Assembly: GCF_006345805.1 (NCBI RefSeq)
Contig: NC_043019.1
Location: 28,705,360-28,769,359, forward strand
DNA length: 64,000 bases
Direction: 5' to 3'
From: Octopus sinensis
Lineage: Eukaryota
Positions 1 to 13,399 of the stretch are shown in pieces. The translations under genes were made by a program, and so were the position numbers. The notes below the pieces were generated by a model. The model was not told where the DNA came from and made no database searches. It saw only the letters and a list, made by a program, of their open reading frames with translations. Within the stretch, counting starts at the first letter, position 1. The number at the start of each line of letters is the position of its first letter.

Positions 1-234
1 TATGTATGTTTGTTTGTTTGTATGTATGTATGTATGTATGTATGTATGTATGTATGTTTGTTTGTTTGTTTGTTTGTATGTATGTATGTATGTATGTATG
101 TATGTATGTATGTATGTATGTATGTATGTATGTATGTATGCATGTAGGTAGGCAGGTAGGTAGATATATGTATGTGAATATGACTGTACGTATACACATA
201 TATATATGCATGTGTGTGTCTCTCTGTGTGTGTG

Positions 235-277
<43 letters not shown>
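1..277. repeat. (TATG)n/(TTTG)n/(TA)n compound microsatellite
   Basis: Directly visible tetra- and dinucleotide runs. Confidence 0.95.
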
Positions 278-498
278 CCCTTTCATTACTGCATCTATTT
301 TGAGATGCTCTGTGTTTCTTTCAATTACTTTAAATATAACAAAGAATTTAGTAAAATAACTTAGTTATCATTTAGCTAGTGTTAGGAACATCAATTGTGA
401 CTGAGGTTTGGTGGAAGATTTTAATTCAAACCTTATGAAAACAAGGCATTTGTACAACAGAGCCAGAGGCAGTTTCAGCCGGGTTAGTATCGAAAGGG
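278..498 (+). mobile_element. piggyBac-like MITE family 1 (221 bp)
   Basis: CCCTTTCATTAC...GTATCGAAAGGG imperfect TIRs. Body is homologous to 17444-17662. Flanked by ATAT on both sides. Confidence 0.7.
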
Positions 499-644
499 AT
501 ATATATATATATACACATTTGTAATTAGTGGCAAAAATAGTATTAGTTAAAAATAGCATTCTGCATATCATTATATCATACATCATATAAAACAGATACA
601 TTGTTCAAAGTCTGTTAAACTGCAATACATACATACATACATAC

Positions 645-1180
645 ATCATCATCATCGTTTAACATTTGCTTTCCATGATAGCATGGGTTGGACGATTTGA
701 CTGAGGACTGGCGAACCAGATGGCTGCACCAGGCTCCAATCTCATCTGGCTGAGTTTCTACAGCAGGATGCCCTTCCTAACGCCAACCACTCCGAGAATG
801 TAGTGGGTGCCTTTACATGCCACCGGCATGAGAGCCAGTCAGGCAGTACTGGCAATGGCTATGCTCAAATGGTGTTTTTTTACGTGCCACCTACACAGGA
901 GCAAGTCTAGCGGCACTGGCAACGACCTTGTTTGAATGTTTTTTACAAGTGCCAGTAAGGCAACGCTGGTAACGATTATGCTCGAATGTTGCTTTTTATG
1001 TGCCACTGGCACGGAAGCCAGTTTGCTGCTCTGGCAATGATCACACTTGAATGGTGCTCTTAGCACTCCATTAGCACGGATGCCAGTCATCAAATTTGAT
1101 TTCGATTTCGATTTCACTTGCTCCAACAGGTCTTCGCAAGCAGAGTTTCGTGTCCAATGAAGGAAAGGCATGAATAAGTG
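645..1180 (-). mobile_element. SINE-like family B (GGAAGGGCATCC core, (GAT)n tail)
   Basis: Many homologous copies in the window, e.g. ~6480-6846 (+), 8400-8595, 10760-10955, 14333-14545, 14850-15022, 16500-16770, 19305-19640, 20182-20426. Simple-repeat 3' tail typical of SINEs. Confidence 0.8.
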
Positions 1181-2061
1181 GGCTGGTTACACCTCTGCCA
1201 AGACCCAGCAAGCCACATATATAACACAACTCACTTGACATTTATATTGCACAATATTAAAGCTCAATAAAAGAACAAAACCTAGAAAAGTCACTTAAAA
1301 TATGACAGAAAACAAGAAACTAAATCCCATAACAAGACGAACTGGTGCAGCACACCAACAGGAGGAGTCTACATTGCTGCAGTCCCCATAAAAATATGAG
1401 CACAATGCCACACACACCTTAAGAACATGGAGGTGCGCCAGGTGGGGCCATAGAAACATACATACACAAATACATACATACATATGTACGTACATATATA
1501 TGTATGTATTGCAGTTTAACAGACTTTGAACGTTGTATCTGAGATCCACTCACAAGGCTTTGGTCGGCCCAAGGCTATAGTAGACAACACTTGCCCGAGG
1601 TTCCACACTATGGGACTGAACCCAGAACCATGTGTTAGAGAAGCAAGCGTCTTACCACACAGCCACACCTGTGGTCAAAACCCTTTTTCTTTAGGAAAGA
1701 CTTTGAGTAAATGTTTATATCCTGGATAGTTGAGATAGTTTGGAGAAGGAAAGAGAAAGGTTTAACTGAGTGTAACAGGAATATAGGCAGAATCCCAAAC
1801 ATGATCTTGCTGCCTAGGAATCAAACCCAAATCACAGTGTTCAGATATAAAGATACAAACATGATTTTGTTATAGATTAATGATGTCAGCAAACTACTGC
1901 CTGGTCAGATTTCTGGTAGAAATCACTGTATCCAAATAGAAAGACAACTAAACAATATGGATTGGATTTAGTAAGCGATTGATGACATCAGCAAATAACT
2001 GACCACCCAGATCTCTACAAGAAACAGGACGTCATGTTTTTTATGCCCTTTTGCTTTAAAA

Positions 2062-2127
<66 letters not shown>

Positions 2128-2746
2128 TGGGGACCCCCCCTTCAGTCATGCATACCAGCCTTCCCTATCTACACCACTGATGTTATCCAAGAGAAAGACA
2201 AAGGCCGATACGGCTTGGCACCAGTGATGTCAATTCATTTCTACAGCTGAGTTAACTGAGCCCGGTCTGGGAATCAAACTCACAACCTCATGATCGTAAG
2301 CTTGACACTCTAACCACTGAGCCATGCGCCTTCACACACACATATCATCATCATCGTTTAACGTCCGCTTTCCATGCTAGCATGGGTTGGACAGTTTGAC
2401 TGTGGGCTGGTCAACAAGATGGCTGCACCAGGCTCCAGCTCACCTAGGACTGATGGCTACCTCATCAATGCCACTTAATATTGTTAATGATGATGATATA
2501 TATTAATGACAGTGGTCATGATAAAACTTAAGTTAGCAAGCTGCGAGAATCTATGTTACTCATAGTTACTGTCCTTGCTGGAATACAATACCTCATACGA
2601 ACTGGTGAACTGTTTAAATTTGTGCAAATATATTTTTCTGTTGTTCTTCGTGGTGACACACTGTGTTTTTTTAACAATAAATAAATATTTTGTATTTGAA
2701 ACTTGTATTTGAGTTCTTGTTCTTCCATCTTTCAAGTCAACCAAAA

Positions 2747-2953
2747 TACATATTTTCTGGTATAAAAGTCAATGTAGAATATAAAGTAAACATGTAATGA
2801 AAACATTGAAACAATGTCACTATCTTTCTAAATCCTGCTGCATTTCACATGGAATTGTTTTTCCTCCAAAGTCGTCTTAGTGTATAAGTCAACCTTTTTC
2901 AGGCTGCAAATTTTGGTCTGAAATATTCGATTTGTTTGCTGGATATTATGGTA
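2747..2953. mobile_element. Old, decayed Tc1/pogo-like MITE (tentative)
   Basis: Ends resemble a CpG-decayed TACCGTATTTTCCGGCGTATAAG-type TIR, with TA at both ends. Judged by eye only. Confidence 0.35.
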
Positions 2954-3361
2954 CATCTTCATTACACTGGTGGCAACCACATCAAAATATTTGATCATTA
3001 CAAAAGAAAGAGTTGTGACAGGGTTTTGATGGATTCAGAAGGTTAAAATGGAAATCATGGATGTTCATACAGAAGTGAAAGAGGCTTTATAATTATTTTT
3101 TCACTTGTCAGACTCTAATGGTGGAGGGCATATATACCTTCACTTCAAACTGGAGGTAGATAACTGTTACTGTCAGTTCATAAACAAAGAATAATATACA
3201 CTGATTGAGCTTTAAACTGGACGAGTAATATCCCTTAGACTGGTCCTGTTGGCAAATCTTGTGGACCTAAAGGGCAAACAAGGAATCATTGCCCTTACAC
3301 TGTTTCCAGTCTGCAAAAACTTTTTTCAGCTCTAAAATCGACAAATGGTGAATCCCACGCC

Positions 3362-3693
3362 TGCAGCAGGTAGTGTTTGAAATGGGGTCAGGGACTATAG
3401 ATCTCATGTCTTGAGTTTAAGAGAGATTTTGGGTCCAACGAGTCTTTAAGGATCCTTCATCATCCGCTCCTCTTTATATAGGACCCCGGCCACTCTATGA
3501 TCCACCATTTAATTTCATATGGAGTTCCTTTATCCTTAAGGTGCCACATGTAGCTGGCCAGAGAAGAGACATAACGCCTTTCCAGAACTCTAAAAAAGGA
3601 CCTGTGGTTGTACAGGCACTGCTTAAAGGCAGTTCTGGCCAACCTGATATATCGCTGGAGTTGAGTGTGGGTTGTGTTCACACCTCTGGTGTA
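3362..3693 (-). pseudogene. Penelope-like element GIY-YIG endonuclease remnant
   Basis: Translation RYIRLARTAFKQCLYNHRSFFR...SSLASYMWHLKDKGTPYEIKWWII, then after a frameshift/stop ...LLNSRHEIYSP*PHFKHYLL. Matches the Penelope C-terminal pattern YIG..TFK.RY.NH..SF...S.LS.YIW.LK.K...Y.IKW.I...LLN.R.E....C.H...LL. Confidence 0.7.
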
Positions 3694-4026
3694 TCTTCTC
3701 TTGGCTCCGGGCCAAGAGTTGTTGTTATTGCCACTGCTGTTAGTGGAGCTGTCATTGATGCTGTTATAACAGGGCATAGGTCTGGCAATATCACTATAGT
3801 TGTCACTGTTGCAGTAGTCATACCTGGTTGTAGCGCTGGTGTTGCTGCTGCTGTTGTTGTTGAGCGAAGTGGTCTTCGTCCCAGAGCTCACAGTGGGAGA
3901 AGTCCAAATCATGGTCCTTTGCTATTCATAAGACCCGCAGAAGAGATAGCAGGTCAACCCCTGACATCGAGAACATCGACGGATGGATGAATGCGCATCC
4001 AGGCTCAGCGGTTGTGTAGGAAGTCA

Positions 4027-4202
4027 GGGACAAGAAACAGGAAGAAAGAGTGAGAGGAAGTTGGGGCGAAAGAGTACAACAGGGGTCGCCACCCCCCTCT
4101 GGAGCTTTAGGTGTTTTCGCTCAATAAACACACACAACGCCCGGTTTGGGAATCGAAACCGCAAGTCCGCTGCCCTAACCACTGGGCCATTGCGCCTCCA
4201 CT
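4027..4202 (-). mobile_element. tRNA-derived SINE family D
   Basis: On the - strand, A-box-like TGGCCCAGTGG and B-box-like GGTTTCGATTCCC. A homologous copy lies at ~33110-33360. Confidence 0.7.
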
Positions 4203-4659
4203 TGTTGTTGGTGCTGCGGTCGTTGCTGTCAGTGCTGGTGTTTCTACCGATTAATGTGTTGCCACGCTTCCGCCTCCTCTCCCCCAACACACACGATGGG
4301 CTTCTTTCAGTCTCTCCCGGAAAGCCTGGAAAGCAGCAATTATCAGTTAAGATGGAGCAATCAGAAAAATGCCCATCAAATCGACATGTGCCACACATCA
4401 GATGTTGAAGTGATTGCTGAGCAACGTGAAATAAAAAAAATTTATACAAGAACACAACGCTCTGTCCAGCCTGGAAAAGGAACCCATGATCTCGTAATCA
4501 TGAGTGCAACACCTTAATCACTAGGCCTCAGGCCCTCCTCAGCTACGGAATAAACTACAAAACTTCAAGGAAAGCCAGTATGTGTAAAGGGAAATAAACA
4601 GGATTTAACTATATTTCAAAGGTACATAACTCTAACAATACTAAGTTTCTCGATTTAAA

Positions 4660-4812
4660 ATGGCAGCCGAGGAAGTTCACAATAACGACCAGGATTCTGT
4701 GAAAGGATCAAAGGCGAAAAAAGTCGCCAAACATGATTCGGGAGCGGCTGATTTGGAAAAGGTTACGGATTTTGTCGAAGAATATGAAATATCTTCTTAT
4801 AGCATCCAGGAT
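4660..4812 (+). CDS. HYPK: HYPK coding exon 1 (51 codons, MAAEEVHNND...EISSYSIQD)
   Basis: ATG at 4660 in AAAATGG context. KHDSGAADLEKVTDFVEE matches the conserved HYPK motif KHDSGAADLERVTDYAEE. Phase-0 GTAAGT donor at 4813. Confidence 0.95.
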
Positions 4813-7318
4813 GTAAGTAATTATCAACAGTTTTCTTATAAATTCCATTCGCTCTACACATGTGCTTCTGTACCGAGCATCTGAGAAAAGAGGCAGAAAT
4901 AATTTTTAAATAACTCTCTTACAATAATAAACTAGTTTTTCGTACTTAAATGAGTATTCATGTCTATTTCGTAATTCCGGCGTAATCCGTTCAGTTAATT
5001 AAAGCTATACTTTATTTCTATAATTAGTTACCATAACATTCTTTACTTAAGCCAGATATGGCATACCTACACAAAGATGCCCATCCGAATTTGTTTCCTA
5101 ATAACTTTTCGAAAAATGAATATTTTCAAATGTAATTTTCTACAAGCAACTTTTAGATGACGTAAATTCCGATTATATCGACATTTAACGTAAAAATTTT
5201 TTTAAATTGGTGGGCGCGCGTACACACACATATATATATATACTGACACATATGTCTACAAAATGAAAGTTGAAATTTTGAAAGAATGATGTGCCCACCA
5301 ATTTTTTCTTTTTGTTTTTATTGGCGATCTTTACATTAAATAAATTCCGATATAACTGTAATCTACACCATCTGAAACATACTATAGAATGTTTCACCGA
5401 GGAAACGAAGTCGGTGTGTGTGTGGAGGGCTCACTTGTGTAGGTACGCTACCAATATAAAGGTGCAATATCACTAGATAATACATTTATATTTAAAAAAT
5501 TGACTAATGTTTTATCTCGTAGAAACCATTATCTTTTTATTCGCTTTAATACCTGCAACTTCAGAGTTTCTAAAGTTTCGTATCTTCTGTTCACGGATCT
5601 TTTACATGGTAAAACATTTTTTACATCCGAACTCCAAACATAACGACATTACCAAATAAAACCTCCGCGATAATTCACAGAACAACGTTTAAAAATATAT
5701 TGTAATATTTTTTACGGACAAATTAAGAAACAAAATATAGTCGCTAATTATTCAATGTAAATGATATTAAACTGGACGGCAGTCTAATTTAACGTGGTCG
5801 ACCGGCAAGCGGAAGATAGGGAATTCTGTCTACGCTTGTTTATCATCTATTCTGAATCAATTAATTATTTATAATGTATATTATGTAAATGAAGGACAAT
5901 TAAAAAGCATAGCATTCTCGCGGAAAGAATGCCAAAATTACTATAATTAACAAATCAAATATAATTTGGTATTTTTTAATTTTTTTGTTATGGTTCTTTT
6001 GGAAATATTTCTGCGGGATTAATTAATAAAACCAAAACATTCCGGGAAAAATATAAAAGTATTCCTGGATATCTCGAGTAAACGAAACGAATATGTAAAC
6101 GTTTACAAGTCACTTATTAAATGTCCTTGTTCGAGACTTCTCTTTTTAATTGCTGAACACTGCAAATTGTTGATATACTGCCCCCATCGACCCTGTTTCT
6201 TCATAACTTGAAGAAGAAAAAGGGATATTTTTATTGAAATTTTCCACAAATTTCGTTCATATCGGATTTAGTTGGAAAAAAAAATTACTTCTGGAATTTG
6301 TTTAATGAATATTGTTTGATAAAATGAAAATTTCCAGAGATACCAGCATAATTTGAAAAAACCCCCTGAGGTCTGCTGGTATAAGCCTTACAATGTACCC
6401 ACATAATCCCTGGTATTTCTAGCATAGTAAGCGACCACTTAGCGGGTGGGTTACTTTTAAGTTTGTTTAATACGTGAAATCAAAATCAAGTGTGATCATT
6501 CACAGAGCGGCTAACCGGCTTCAGTGCCAGTGGCACTTAAAAGGCACCATTCTAGCGTGATTGTTACCAGTGTTGCCTCACTGGCACTCGAGCCCCGGGC
6601 TAGTAGGGTATTAAGAGCACCATCCGAGCGTGATCGTTGCCAGAGCAGCTATCTGGCCTCCGTGCCAGTGGCACGTAAAAGCAACCACTACACTCTCGGA
6701 GTGGTTGGTGTTAGGAAGGGCATCTAGCTGTAGAAACTCTGCCAGATCAAGATTGAAGCCTGGTGCAGCCATCTGGTTTGCCAGCCCTCAGTCATTCGTC
6801 CAACTCATGCTAGCATGGAAAGCAGGTGTTAAACGATGATGATGATGAAAGACTGCTATAAAATAATGAAAGAAATAATTGTTTGCATTAACATAATATG
6901 CACCTTTCTACAAAGATTTCTTTCAAATATGCATGCTAATAGAAGACCCACATTAAACTCCTCACTCATATCACTATCGAACCAAGAGTTTAACTACGGT
7001 CTGTCCATAGCACTTACTTAGTGTTACCTTCCACTCTTTGGTTCTTCTAGATACCAATACCTCTATTTGTGTGAAGCCGCACTAGTGTTGCAAACATTAT
7101 CAATTACATATACTCAATGTACGTACATTGTTTATTTTCCAATAGGCTGTGGTTTAGCATGGTGGGGATGACTCACTCAAAACACTGGGGCTAAGACTTT
7201 CAAGTGTTTTAACAACCGGCGCTTTGAGGGAGTCATTCCTACTGTGCTATTCCGCAACCTACTGGCCAACAAGCAAAGTATGTACATTGAGTATGTGTGG
7301 TCAATGATATATACTCTT

Positions 7319-7731
7319 TTTACTCTCTTTTACTTGTTTTAGTCATTTGACTGCGGCCATGCTGGAGCACCGCCTTTAGTCGAGCAAATCAACCCAAGGA
7401 CTTATTCTTTGAAAACCTAGTACTTATTCTATCGGTCTCTTTTGCTAAGTTACGGGGACGTAAACACACCAGCATCGGTTGTGAAGCAATGTTGGGGGAC
7501 AAACACAGACACACAAACATACACACACACACACACATATATATACACACATATATATATACATATATATATATATATACGATGGGCCTCTTTCAGTTTC
7601 CGTCTACCAAATCCACTCACAAGGCCTTTGTCGGCCCAAGGCTATAGTTGAAGACACTTGCCCAATGTGCCACGCAGTGGGAATGAACCCAGAACCATGT
7701 GGCTGGTAAGCAAGCTACTTACCACACAGCC
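7319..7731 (-). mobile_element. SINE family A copy in HYPK intron 1
   Basis: Reverse complement of the abundant GGCTGTGTGGTAAG...GGTTCAGTCCC...CCTTGGGCAAGTGTC...(TG)n...GAAACAAGTAAAAGAG element. Confidence 0.9.
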
Positions 7732-7794
7732 ATATTTATTTATATATATATATAAGGTGAGCAAAAGTGTACGTATGCTGCTATATGTATATAT

Positions 7795-7920
7795 GAATCC
7801 AAAAAATGGAACAAGAATGCAACAGACAATAATAAAACATCCGGCCTGATAGACGATACAAAGACGAATGGGAAAAAACAAGGATGGATCATTCGCAGCC
7901 TTCTCTCATCAGTCAAGTTT
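7795..7920 (-). mobile_element. Penelope-like terminal repeat fragment (truncated before the hammerhead-like core)
   Basis: Reverse complement aligns by eye to 51745-51832, with several CpG>TpG/CpA changes. Confidence 0.55.
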
Positions 7921-8924
7921 CCAGACCATATATATAAAATCATTTAACATTTTTAGCATACTGGCATTTGTTGGGTGGTTCGACAGGAACTGATGAGCTG
8001 GAAGGCTGTGCTGAGCTAAAGTGTCTGCTTTGGCATGATTTCCACAGCTAGATACCCTTCTTAACACCAACTACTTTACAAAGTGTACTAGGTGCTTTTT
8101 TTTTTGTGGTACCAGCATTGTAGTTAAGTCTCCAAGTACTCACAAGACTAGACTACTCAACATTTACACACTGTATGTGTGTAATATATTTATATATATT
8201 TATAATCATCATTCTCATAATTTCATTATCCATTTCCATGCTTGCATGAGTCAGATATGACTACATAGAAGCAGTTTCCCAGGACATCCAGGCATAGAAA
8301 ATTCTGCTCTAATGAAGTCTTGTCTGACCCATGCCTGCATGGAAAAGTGGATATTGAAATAATGATGATTATGTATGTGTGTGTGTGTATGCCTACATCA
8401 TGTGGAAAAGATGTTGATCCTCTCTTTTGCTTTGTGCACCAGATTGGTGCTATGTAAAAAGCACCCATCATACTTTGTAAAGTGGTTGACATTAGAAGGG
8501 TGTCCATCCGTAGAAACCAAGCTAAAGCAGATTCAAACCTGGTGCAGCTCTCCTGCTTGCCAGCTCTGATCAAACCAGATGTTAAATGATGAAGAAGAAA
8601 ATTACAAGAATGTGAGGTCATTTAAGACTCATCTAACCCAGGTAAGCTTTAACGGGTGGGGGAAGGAAGAGACCTAAAAATGACATTGATGATGGGACAG
8701 AGCAGTGCTCAGGGCATAGATGTATGGTATTTTTTTTGAGTGTATAATATAGTGATTTCAAATTTGGCGGAGAGGGGGATATATACATCACAGAACCCAT
8801 GAAACTGATCTTATGAGGCTATGGCTTGGGAAGGACCTTTGATCATTTTGATAAGAGGTTCTGGACTATCAGTGTCCAGAAAGTCAGTGTTGTATCTGTA
8901 TTGATGTTGTTGTTGTTATTGCAG

Positions 8925-9032
8925 GCTATGAAGGTGATGAATGATCGGAAAACAAAAGAAGTTAGTGAGAAACAAGAAAAAGAAAAAGAACTCTCCAAAG
9001 TGAAAATTAACAAAGAAGACGTTGATTTAATT
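8925..9032 (+). CDS. HYPK: HYPK coding exon 2 (36 codons, AMKVMNDRKTKEVSEKQEKEKELSKVKINKEDVDLI)
   Basis: TTGCAG acceptor ending 8924, GTAAGT donor at 9033, phase 0/0. Matches the HYPK AM..I.DRR..E..AKQEREKELAKV.IKKEDLELI segment. Confidence 0.95.
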
Positions 9033-9534
9033 GTAAGTTATCTCTTTGTCTCCTTCTTCTTCTAAATCTACTTTCTCTCTTCAGATAAAAAAATGCTTTG
9101 TGATATTTGTTCCAGCTGTCTGCACATTGAGTTCAAATTCGGCTAGGGTTGACTTTGCCGGCCATCATTCAATGAAAAACCAGTCGAGTACTAAGGCTGA
9201 TTCTTCTCTCTGACTATCTATCTATCTATCTGTTTGTCTGTCTGTCTCTCAGCTATGAGAAAGATTGACCAAAATAACCAACAACCACTTCTCTTAGAAA
9301 AACTTACTGCAGGATCTGTTCAAGAACAGATCGTTGGCACCAACACAACACAAAGTAAAGATATAATAGGTTGTAGAATGAACTACATTTGGCTTGTGTT
9401 GCTACTACTACTACTGGACATCAATATGAACACTCTTTTGGCTAACTCCATAATGACCATGACCACCACCTCTACAATTGTCCATAACCTTGGTTTCCTT
9501 TCAGATAAAGTGTCAAATTTTGAAAGGGATACTT

Positions 9535-9918
9535 TTATTCTTTTACTTGTTTCAGTCATATGACTGTGGCCATGCTGAAGCACTGCCTGAAAAGGTTTTA
9601 GTCAAACAAATCGATCTCAGGACTTATTCTTTGTAAGCCTAGTACTTATTCTATCGGTCACTTTTGCCGAACCGCTAAGTTACGGGGACGTAAACACACC
9701 AGCATCAGTTGTCAAGCGATGTTGGGGGACAAACACACACACATATATATACACGATGGGCTTCTTTCAGTTTCCGTCTACCAAATCCACTCACAAGGCT
9801 TTGGTCGGCCCAAGGCTATAGTAGAAGACACTTGCCCAAGGTGCCACGCAGTGGGACTGAACCCAGAACCATGTGGTTGGTAAGCAAGCTACTTACCACA
9901 CAGCCACTCCTACACCTA
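9535..9918 (-). mobile_element. SINE family A copy in HYPK intron 2
   Basis: Near full-length reverse copy. Confidence 0.9.
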
Positions 9919-11181
9919 TATACACAAATATATATACATACATATGTATGTGCACACACACATACATAAATTTAGAGGTGGATGGTCAATTTAACTACTT
10001 TCAGTAAATGACTGATACTTTATTTATTTCTGGTTTTCTCTTTTAACCTTCTGTCCACCTCCAGAAGGCTGAATGGTAAATTCAACCTTGTTGGGACTTG
10101 AACCCCAGATATACAAGAATGTAACCACATTGTATTTTGTTTACCACTTTATCAATTGTGCCAGCACCTCTATGTAGTCATTTCGGAGAAAGGGCAGAAA
10201 GTAATCAGTTGTACAACTTCGGTGTTTGATTGATACTTATTTTATCGACCCAGGAAGAATAAAAGCATAAGCAACTTTCGTGAGATTTGAACTTGCAATG
10301 CTACAGAACACCTCTAAGTAATGCAATACGTTTTTGCCTGCTGCTATAACGATTCTGGATTTGTTACAAAATAATTATTACAAAGATGTTTGTTAGTCTC
10401 TCAACACTCATTGCACTTCTTCATTATTCTAAATATGCCCCTCTCTAAAATTTAATTATCATTTTAAAAAATATGAATATAGATGCAGATGTGGCTGTGT
10501 GGTAAGAAGATTGCTTCCCAACTATGTGGTTCTGGGTTCAATCCCATTGCTTGGTACCTTGGACAAATGTCTTCTACTGTAAGCACTGTAAGTGGATTTG
10601 GTATATGGAAACTGAAAGAAGCTCTTCATGTATATATATTTGTGTGTGAGAGAGAGTGATTGGGTGTATACATGTATGTGTATATATCTGAAGACTTGTA
10701 CTCAGCAGCAAAAGTGTTGAGACCTCCGCCCCCAGTGGTGAGGATTGTCTTGCAAGAGTCCTGTGCCAGTGCCATGTAAAAAGCACCCACATAGTGCCAC
10801 ATAATAGCACCCAACACACTCTGTAAAGTGGTTGGTGTTAGGAAGGGCATCCAGCCATAGAAACTATGCCAGATCAGACTGGAGTCTGGTGCAGCTCTGG
10901 TCAAACCGTCTGACCCATGCCAGCATGGACAACAAACATTAAATGATGATGATGTGTATGTGTAACTTTGTCCCCCACCCCAGTGCTGGATTTTGCTTTT
11001 GTCTCCGTAAGTTAGTGGTTTGGCAGAAAAAGGTGATAGAATAAGTATCAGGCTTAGAAATAAATACTGGGGGTCGATTTGTTTGACTAAACTCTTCAAG
11101 GTGGTGCTCCAGCATGTCCGCAGTCCTAAGATTGAAATAAGTAAAATATAAAACATTAATTGCATCAGTTTCACCATATAA

Positions 11182-11346
11182 GCAGAGTGGCTGTGTGGTA
11201 AGTAGCTTGCTTACGAACCACATGGTTCCAGATTCAGTCCCACTGCGTGGCACCTTGGGCAAGTGTCCTCTACTATAGCCTTGGGCCGACCAAAGCCTTG
11301 TGAGTGAATTTGGTAGACGGAAACTGAAAGAAGCCCATCGTATATA

Positions 11347-11399
<53 letters not shown>

Positions 11400-11656
11400 A
11401 TGTGTGTGTGTGTATGTATGTGTGTATATGTGTGTGTGTGTGTGTATATATATGTGTGTGTGTGTCTGTTTGTACCCCCAACATCGCTTGACAACCGATG
11501 CTGGTGTGTTTATGTCCCTGTAACTTAGCGGTTCGGCAAAAGAGACCAATAGAATAAGTACTAGGATTACAAAGATTAAGTCCTGGGATCGATTTGCTCG
11601 GCTAAATGCGGTGCTCCAGCATGGCCACAGTCAAATGACAGAAACAAGTAAAAGAG
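11182..11656 (+). mobile_element. SINE family A, full-length (tRNA-like head, CORE-like segment, internal (TG/TA)n)
   Basis: A-box-like GGCTGTGTGG, B-box-like GGTTCAGTCC and CORE-like CCTTGGGCAAGTG. Further copies at ~12540-12908, 18797-19142, 34255-34790, 40166-40566, 41696-42330, 43620-44390, 47123-47568, 51174-51587, 56338-56700, 57547-57938, 59783-60177, plus many fragments. Confidence 0.9.
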
Positions 11657-12914
11657 GATATCAATTCAATCCTTTTCTCAGGTCTTTTCCCCCTGCGTCA
11701 ACAGACGTTTTATACTTCATGCCAACGTCGCGGCCTATACGTAATCCGTCAGTTTGCTGGGACAGTTTTTGTGATGCTGTTTGTCGATATACATCGACAA
11801 AAAAAGATACAGTTGCTGAATCAGAGTTGAACTGGAGCCAAACAATATTAGAATGGTTTGGAGAAGCTGGACGTTAGACTTGCAGGGTTGTTTCCCCTTG
11901 AATTTCACTAACTTAGTAATTTCCCTTGGATATTCGAAATTCGGCAAAACCATACGTTTGAATCCCACCAACTTTGTTTCCCCGTAACTTCCAAGGAAAT
12001 AGATATTTTTAATGAAATTTTGTACAAATACCTATCATATGGTGTACATTCCAATTATTTCGGAATTTGTAAAGAAAAAGAAAATTTTTTATGGAAAAGA
12101 GAGGAGGAATTTCGTATAATTCATTTATCTCGACGCTGCTTCCTCATAACTTTAAAAAAAAAAAAAAAAAAAGATTTTTTAAAGGAAATTTTCTGCAAAT
12201 ACCTTACAAATAGTGTAAATTCAGATTGTATCGGAATTTGTTGGGGAAAATAAATTTTCGGAGGGAGTAGGAGGAGAGGAGTTCCGGATAATTCACACAC
12301 CCCGGCATTGCTTCTTTATAACTTTCAGAAAAATGGATATTTTTTTATGGAATTTTCTACAGATACCTTTCAGGTGGTGTAAGTTACGATTAAATCAGAA
12401 TTTCTGGGGAAAAAAGAAAAAAAAATTGTGAGGGCACACATTACAATATATATCCATCCATAAAATGAAATTTTAAATTTTAAAAAAATTATGTGATGCA
12501 TGCGCGCTCCCAATTTTTTTCCCCATGACATTAAATTGCTGCAGGAGCGGCTATGTGGTAAGAAGCTTGCTTCCCAACCTCATGGTTCTGGGTTCAGTAC
12601 CACTGCTTAGCACCTTGGGCATGTGTCTTCTACTATAGCCTCGAGCCGACCAAAGCCGTGTGAAAGGATTTGATAGATGGGAACTGAAAGAAGCTTGTCA
12701 TATGTGTGTGTGTGTCTGTGTTTGTCCTCCCACCGTCACTTGACAACCAATGTTGGTCTGTTTATATCCCCATAATATTAGTGGGTTGGCAAAAGAGACT
12801 GATAGAATAAGTACTAGGCTTATAAAGAATAAATCCTGTGGTCACTTTGTTCGATTAAAGGTGGTGCTCCAGCATGGATGCAGTCTAATGGCTGAAACAA
12901 GTAAAAGATATACT

Positions 12915-12953
<39 letters not shown>

Positions 12954-13399
12954 CACACACATATATATCATCATCATCGTTTAACATCTATTGTCCATGC
13001 TGGCATGGGTTGAACGGTTTAACCAGAGCTGGCAAGCTGGAAGGCTGCACCAGGCTCCAGTCTGATTTGGCAATATATTAAGAAGTTTTAAATCATCATT
13101 TGTTGTCCTTGCGGGGATTATTGTCCATGGGAGTAAACGTCCTAGACTCAGGGAGAAGTCTGCTTCCCAACCTTACTGTTCTGTGTGCTATCCCACTACA
13201 TGGCACCATAGACAGCTGTCTTCTGCTATAGCCCCAGGTTGACCAAAGCCTTGTAAGTAGATTGGGTAGATGGAACCTGAGAAGCCCATTGTGTGTGTGT
13301 ACTTGGGACTGGTTCTCAAAGCACATATAAAGCTATAAATAATAACATCTAAATATTGGGTTGAAAATCTCTTTTGGACAGAAAAAAGTTGAAAGTTTC

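Noticed and set aside
2528-2744. Overlapping 62-66 aa - strand ORFs upstream of HYPK (possible divergent gene)
   Set aside because: They use alternative starts in AT-rich sequence, with no splice signals or recognisable domain.
3541-3990. 149-aa + strand ORF
   Set aside because: It is the antisense of the Penelope remnant plus a (GTT/GCT)n low-complexity stretch.
9313-9332. 9-bp stem hairpin GATCTGTTC-AA-GAACAGATC
   Set aside because: It is short enough to occur by chance in 64 kb and has no supporting context.
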